A DNA stretch of 29,609 nucleotides from a virus. Taxonomy: Duplodnaviria > Caudoviricetes. Where the stretch lies: the IMG/VR virus record IMGVR_UViG_3300020413_000049, positions 1 through 29,609 of that record; one strand, 5' to 3'. Below are positions 24,701-29,609 of the stretch, piece by piece; the first letter of the stretch is position 1; every line of letters begins with the position of its first letter. The notes beneath the pieces were generated by a model. That model was not told the DNA's origin and searched no databases. It was given only the letters and a program-made list of their open reading frames with translations. The position numbers were made by a program, and so were the translations under genes.

Positions 24701-26983
24701 TTAACCAATTAATTCATTGAAAGAAACACCTGTTCTTGTAGCAACGAAGGTAATAGTAATGAAGTTAATCGAGCGTGCGGGCTTGATGTAAATCTCAGCT
24801 TGAAATTCATTGCGATCAATGACATCAGCGGTGTTGTTGCTGTCATCACAGACAACTAAGAAATCGTAGATACCTCTTCGACCTTGTACATTCCTCAAGT
24901 ATGGATCAATAGCTCCTTTGAATGAGGATCTAGTGAGTTCATCATTAATCTCAAAGAGTTGGAATTTTGAGAATCTTGCGATGTTCTTTTCGAGTTCGAT
25001 GAATAAACGGCGAACGTTAATTCTATCGAAAGCGGATGGGGATGAAAGTCCAGTTTTATCACCGAATAGTACCACCCCTTGGCCAGGGAATGCTACAATA
25101 GGATTAACCCTTGCGGTATATAATCTATCTCTTTCAGATTTTCTAGGTGAGTAAGCAAGTTTAGCTGCATTTCTCAAGTTACCTCTATTATATCCAGCAG
25201 GAGAGAACCAAGTCTCTGAATTGATTGTTGAACTAATAGATAGTCCAGCAACATCTGCTGCACATGGAACATAACGGTAAGTATCATTGTACTTATCGTA
25301 AACGTACTTATAACCTGAGTCAAAGATTGCGTAACTTGAACTCGCAATTGTGTTAAAGAAATTAACAATATTATCAGTCTTCTTAGTAGAAGTACTTGAA
25401 TTAATAACGTCAGTTCTTTGTGGTGAAATAACTGCAATACAGTCTCTTCTTGATTCTGCAATAGCAATTAGTTTTGCTGCAACAGTTCCAGTAATCTTGC
25501 CTGGCACTAAGAAGTCTATATCACCAAATTCTTCTGGGTCACTTACTAAATCATAACTTGTTTCTACAGCACTGTTAATTGTAGCAGAAGCACCCGCCCA
25601 ATTGTAATCAGCACCAGAACCTAAAGTTTGAGTTACAACTGAGTTAAGGATTGGGAAAGTTGTACCCGATGCATTGTTTCCAATTGCACCAGTGGAGTTT
25701 GAACCAGTTCCTAATTCAATTACTGTTTTGTCAGAAGTTTGAATAAGATCATCTTGACCACCATACAAGTATGATGATTGACTTTCTAAAACTTTTCTCC
25801 AGTATGAAACAGTACCTTCTGTACTCTTAGCATCTTTTGCTTTAGATACAAATGTAAATGTCTCAATTAATGTGTCTGGATTTCCAGTTACATTTCCTAG
25901 TGAGTCAATTAATGCAATGTGAAACTCATCAAATCTACCACTACGAGATTTTGTATATGGTGAAGTGCCTGGTTGAGGAGCAATTGAAACCCATTTCTTA
26001 CCAGTGTCATATTCTAATCCAGAGTAAACATCATTACTCTCGATTGCACTAACAGTTGCGATTGTTACACCACCTTGATCTTTAAGAACTGTACCTACTG
26101 CAACTCTCTTTGTGGTATCCCATAAAGTTAAACTGTATGTGTCAGTACCGTCATTACTATAAACAGTAGCATAATATTCACTAGGTGAAGTTCCCCACTT
26201 AAGGAATTGCCCTGCACCTTGCATTGCAGCACCAACAGCAGAAACATCAAATGTTAATGATGCACCTCCACCACCACCGAGTTTTGCATCGGTAACAGTG
26301 ATTGTATTGTCTATTACATAACCAGAACCAGCACTTGTAACTGTTACAGTAGCAGCCCCAGAACTATTAATTACAATAGAGAAAGTAGCACCAGTACCAG
26401 ATCCTTGAGCACTGTAATCTGAAGCACCGATTGTGTATGTTCCAGCAGTTCTTGAACTATCAGCAGCACTGATTGTGTCTACACCAGTTATTCCTGTAGC
26501 AGCTGGAGTAACGGTAACTCGTTGATGAGCACCAACGTCAGTCATTACGACTTTAATACCATTATGAAACGTTCCAGCATACTTTGCTGCAAAAGTAAAT
26601 GCAGTAGTAGTTCCGTAATTTTCTTCGTAATCTGATTGATTATTAATTAATATCGTACCAGATGTAGTTCCGTCAGCATCGACATTAGCAGTCCTTAGAG
26701 CCAAGTCTGAACCAGAAGCAGGTTCTCCTCCAGCAGGTCTAATTATTGCTGCGATACCACCGTACTGTATAACAGTTGCAGCTGCAAACCAAGATTCATA
26801 ATTATACTCATCAGGACTTCCGAAGATATCCACTAATTCTCTTTCGCTGCTTATATAAGTTACCTCGTCTGTAGGTCCCTTTTGTGCTGCGATAGCTATA
26901 ACACCAATATTCTGGTCAGCTACATTAATGGTTGCTGTTAAGTCAACCTCTTTAATGCTTACGCCAGGTGAAGCAAACGCCAT
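24701..26983 (-). CDS. gp18: Tail sheath protein
   Basis: SPGVSIKEVDLT, WFSPAGYNRG, LFGDKT, FDRINVRRLF, IKPARSINFITITFVATRTGVSF. Confidence 0.98.
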   Translation of the reverse strand: MAFASPGVSIKEVDLTATINVADQNIGVIAIAAQKGPTDEVTYISSERELVDIFGSPDEYNYESWFAAATVIQYGGIAAIIRPAGGEPASGSDLALRTANVDADGTTSGTILINNQSDYEENYGTTTAFTFAAKYAGTFHNGIKVVMTDVGAHQRVTVTPAATGITGVDTISAADSSRTAGTYTIGASDYSAQGSGTGATFSIVINSSGAATVTVTSAGSGYVIDNTITVTDAKLGGGGGASLTFDVSAVGAAMQGAGQFLKWGTSPSEYYATVYSNDGTDTYSLTLWDTTKRVAVGTVLKDQGGVTIATVSAIESNDVYSGLEYDTGKKWVSIAPQPGTSPYTKSRSGRFDEFHIALIDSLGNVTGNPDTLIETFTFVSKAKDAKSTEGTVSYWRKVLESQSSYLYGGQDDLIQTSDKTVIELGTGSNSTGAIGNNASGTTFPILNSVVTQTLGSGADYNWAGASATINSAVETSYDLVSDPEEFGDIDFLVPGKITGTVAAKLIAIAESRRDCIAVISPQRTDVINSSTSTKKTDNIVNFFNTIASSSYAIFDSGYKYVYDKYNDTYRYVPCAADVAGLSISSTINSETWFSPAGYNRGNLRNAAKLAYSPRKSERDRLYTARVNPIVAFPGQGVVLFGDKTGLSSPSAFDRINVRRLFIELEKNIARFSKFQLFEINDELTRSSFKGAIDPYLRNVQGRRGIYDFLVVCDDSNNTADVIDRNEFQAEIYIKPARSINFITITFVATRTGVSFNELIG

Positions 26984-27018
26984 GTTTTATTACCTCTATG
27001 AGATTTATTTCTCATTAT

Positions 27019-27026
27019 TATTTATT
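27019..27026 (-). promoter_or_regulatory. Late promoter (AATAAATA) for gp18
   Basis: NATAAATA upstream of the gp18 RBS (GAGG). Confidence 0.7.
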
Positions 27027-27066
27027 GATTACTAACTTTCAAACGGGGAAACAGCACGTGAACATA

Positions 27067-27309
27067 CTACCAGTCTGGATAGTCTGCTAAGTATGGAGGT
27101 AAAGGTCTAGGTCTATTTTTCTTTCTACTTGATACTACTCTTTCTACAGTACATAACTTACATTCATAAGAATATGCTGATGCAAATGGTTTTCTATTCT
27201 TACGAGTTAAATAAAAGTCTTCAATTAAATTTTTTTTCTCTCCACAAACTCTACATTTTCTTTCTTTAAAAAGTAAATGTTCTAGTTCAAATTCTGTATC
27301 AAGATCCAT
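27067..27309 (-). CDS. Small CxxC...CxxC Zn-binding hypothetical protein
   Basis: RKCRVCGEKK...FY...YSYECKLC, ending in YPDW. Lies between gp17 and gp18. Confidence 0.8.
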   Translation of the reverse strand: MDLDTEFELEHLLFKERKCRVCGEKKNLIEDFYLTRKNRKPFASAYSYECKLCTVERVVSSRKKNRPRPLPPYLADYPDW

Positions 27310-28979
27310 TACTTATAATTCCACATAAATGAGTTATCGTAATCGATTCCTCCACCCTTCTGTCCATATTCATCAACCTTCCAAACATCACCTGTCTCCT
27401 TCTCTACAAATGTATCTTCTTCCAATCCATCTGAAATAAATCCAAAAGGAGCCATATCTTCTTCTATTGATTCTCTTTGATCTTCAAAAATTCTTTTTCT
27501 GACATCATCAGAAGTCATCTCTTTAAAATAATCTGAAACACATAACCATGCAAATATTACGAGACACATAGCAAGGTCATCATTACAACCTTCTTCTGCT
27601 TCAAATGATTGTTTCTTTTGAATGAATGTTGTAAGTTCTGCAATGATATCATAATCGGGTATTAATAACTTATCATCCTCTATCAATGCTTTAAGGTTAG
27701 AACATCCTGTTTTCTTAACAGTAGATGTCATTTTTACACCTAACTGTGACTTGTGAGAGAATCCCTGTCCTACTAATTGACCAGCTCTACCTCTCATAGC
27801 ACACATTAATAGATTTTCATATTCCATATCAAACTGTAGTATATCTGCTACCTGTCCACCAATATCATTAACCTCAACCATAATATATGCCATATTATAA
27901 TTCTTTGCAACATCGTGAACTATATTTGGAAATACTATTGGTTTAATATTATTATTTCTATACTTACCTACTAACTTATATGGAATAGTTGTTATATCAA
28001 TTAAAGTAAATGCTGAATAGTCATTCGACACACCTCTGGCAACATCAACTGTAAGTATATAATTATGATCTTGTACAACATGTTCATAGATATCTAAACC
28101 TTTATTTCTTATCAGAGGATCATCATATGCCATCACTTTTAATTTTGATGGTGCTATAAGAGTATCAACAGATCCTAAGAACTCACATTCAAATTCTTGT
28201 ACAAACTGTCTTTCAGATGTGTTTGCAATCGTTTGTTCTTTCCATTTAGCATCTCTGCCAGGAACTTGACTCCAATGAACTTCTGTTGTTTTATATTCAT
28301 TTCTACCACGTTCAGCATCATGCCATAACTTGTAGAACATATTCATTCCATTCGGAGTTGATATAATTATAACCTTAGTTTTTTGACCAGATGATATAGT
28401 AGGATAAACTGAACTAAAGAATTGTTCTGCTATATGATTTGGTACGAAAGCAAATTCGTCTAAGAATATAATATTAAATGACATACCTCGAACAGCAGAA
28501 CTAGAGGTAGAAGCAGCTAATATCTTACTTCCATTTTCTAATTCTACATTACCTTTATTCCATGCTAAAATACCATGTTGCATCCATCTAGGTAAATTTT
28601 CATATGCAAGTTGCAATCTAGATAATAGTTCTCTAGATGTAGAAGCTTTGTTTGCTAGTATACCAATATTAACATTATCATTAAAAATAATGTAATGTAA
28701 AAGATATGAAATAACAGTTGTAGATTTACCAGTCTGACGAGGTAGCTTAGCAATATTAAATCTATTTTTATGAAACTTCTCGACCATCTTTTCTTGAAAG
28801 TCGTACATACTAAAAGGTACTAGACCCTCATCAAGAGAGACTATTTTTATATATTTTCTAGCAAAATATATTGGATCATCCTTACATTTAACAAATTCAA
28901 TAACCTGTTTTTCAGTGAACTCTATAGGTGTATTGGCTTTTTTAAGATTGGGATTACCTAGATAAACACTACTCGTCAT
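27309..28979 (-). CDS. gp17: Terminase large subunit
   Basis: YLGNPNLKKA, Walker A PRQTGKST, IFLDEFAF, ISTPNG, VDVARG, NDDLAM. Start taken at ATG 28979 (MTSSVYLG). Confidence 0.98.
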   Translation of the reverse strand: MTSSVYLGNPNLKKANTPIEFTEKQVIEFVKCKDDPIYFARKYIKIVSLDEGLVPFSMYDFQEKMVEKFHKNRFNIAKLPRQTGKSTTVISYLLHYIIFNDNVNIGILANKASTSRELLSRLQLAYENLPRWMQHGILAWNKGNVELENGSKILAASTSSSAVRGMSFNIIFLDEFAFVPNHIAEQFFSSVYPTISSGQKTKVIIISTPNGMNMFYKLWHDAERGRNEYKTTEVHWSQVPGRDAKWKEQTIANTSERQFVQEFECEFLGSVDTLIAPSKLKVMAYDDPLIRNKGLDIYEHVVQDHNYILTVDVARGVSNDYSAFTLIDITTIPYKLVGKYRNNNIKPIVFPNIVHDVAKNYNMAYIMVEVNDIGGQVADILQFDMEYENLLMCAMRGRAGQLVGQGFSHKSQLGVKMTSTVKKTGCSNLKALIEDDKLLIPDYDIIAELTTFIQKKQSFEAEEGCNDDLAMCLVIFAWLCVSDYFKEMTSDDVRKRIFEDQRESIEEDMAPFGFISDGLEEDTFVEKETGDVWKVDEYGQKGGGIDYDNSFMWNYK

Positions 28980-29253
28980 ACTTACTATTCCATTCTTTAA
29001 ATGATGATTGACAATCAGGTGGTTCTGGTTCTTTATAACCTTTGATACGTTTCCAATCAGCATACATACCCATCAATAACCAACTAGCAGATAAACTATC
29101 AGGACCTTTTTCTAATAATTCTATCTGTCTAGGTTTTAATCGATGTCTTGCAATATCTATGTATTCAGACCTCCAGTAATGAATGTCATTTACTTTTTTT
29201 TCAGTTTCCATAAATTCAACTGTGAGTTGATGTGCTAACCAATAAGCTGCCAT
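28969..29253 (-). CDS. Hypothetical protein
   Basis: 94 aa ORF overlapping both neighbours. The true start could be the internal METEKK. Confidence 0.7.
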   Translation of the reverse strand: MAAYWLAHQLTVEFMETEKKVNDIHYWRSEYIDIARHRLKPRQIELLEKGPDSLSASWLLMGMYADWKRIKGYKEPEPPDCQSSFKEWNSKYDE

Positions 29254-29609
29254 TAGCCCTCCATTAATGTACCACGAGCTCTACGAAGTTCTCGTAGTTC
29301 TTCAAAGTTTTTTTGTTTTGATCCACCATCATAAGGCCATGCATACCCTTCACCAATCATTTCCTCATTTATGGAAACAGTACTCTCGCCAATATACAAC
29401 CACCCAAGAAGACGACCATACTTACCCATGCCCCCTTTAAGTTCGGTTCTGATTGTGAGTTCCTCTTCACCAGCAATAGTCTCCTCTAATTTATCTTTTA
29501 ACCAATTAGTAGCATCTATTCCCAATGCCTTCTCTTCCAAGTCTCTTGTTCTTTTCTCTGGCGTATCAATTCCAGCAACTCTAACTCTTTCTTTCTTGTA
29601 TAAGTCAAA
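29253..29609 (-). CDS. Staphylococcal-nuclease-like (thermonuclease) protein, 5' end outside the window
   Basis: Frame is open to the window edge: FDLYKKERVRVAGIDTPE...GKYGRLLGWLY...INEEMIGEGYAWPY, the SNase motifs. Confidence 0.85.
   Translation of the reverse strand, partial: FDLYKKERVRVAGIDTPEKRTRDLEEKALGIDATNWLKDKLEETIAGEEELTIRTELKGGMGKYGRLLGWLYIGESTVSINEEMIGEGYAWPYDGGSKQKNFEELRELRRARGTLMEG

Noticed and set aside
28980-29063. 28 aa N-terminal extension of gp17 in the ORF track
   Set aside because: It overlaps the upstream gene. The conserved YLGNPNLK start region follows the ATG at 28979.
17576-29106. Avoidance of GGWCC (AvaII-type sites), suggested by several GGC-CCW Gly-Pro codon pairs
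   Set aside because: GGACC/GGTCC occurs repeatedly (near 17576, 19959, 20057, 20374, 22142, 23863, 26874, 29102).
1-29609. CRISPR arrays, tRNAs, introns/inteins, homing endonucleases
   Set aside because: Intergenic gaps are short and occupied by promoters or terminators, no repeat-spacer or cloverleaf pattern was seen, and core genes are uninterrupted with no intein-like motifs.

Overview
This is an AT-rich window from a T4-like marine cyanomyophage, probably Prochlorococcus/Synechococcus-infecting. That assignment rests on gene content and order, not on a database search. All credible genes lie on the minus strand. In transcription order (right to left) they are: SNase-like nuclease (partial), hypothetical, gp17 terminase, small Zn-finger-like ORF, gp18, gp19, gp20, prohead-core-like ORF, gp21, gp22, gp23, a C-terminally extended gp3, two large non-core ORFs (546 and 552 aa), uvsY, uvsW, hypothetical, gp55, hypothetical, gp47, DUF3110-like, gp46, HExxH-peptidase/VWA protein, CobS-like MoxR AAA+, DUF3310-like, gp45, gp44, a DUF4338/DruA-like gene, a GT-B glycosyltransferase, and two small ORFs missing from the ORF track. 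Late promoters (NNTAAATA), sigma70-type promoters and a terminator are readable. Four observations stand out. (1) The DUF4338-like and glycosyltransferase genes are translationally coupled to the clamp-loader gene, a candidate DNA-modification module. (2) All 20 CCWGG sites found by eye sit in a GCCWGG context on one strand, and no CCGG was seen. (3) The extended gp3 and the two late ORFs may form a virion appendage module. (4) Upstream of gp55 there are back-to-back sigma70 promoters, one pointing antisense into uvsW.
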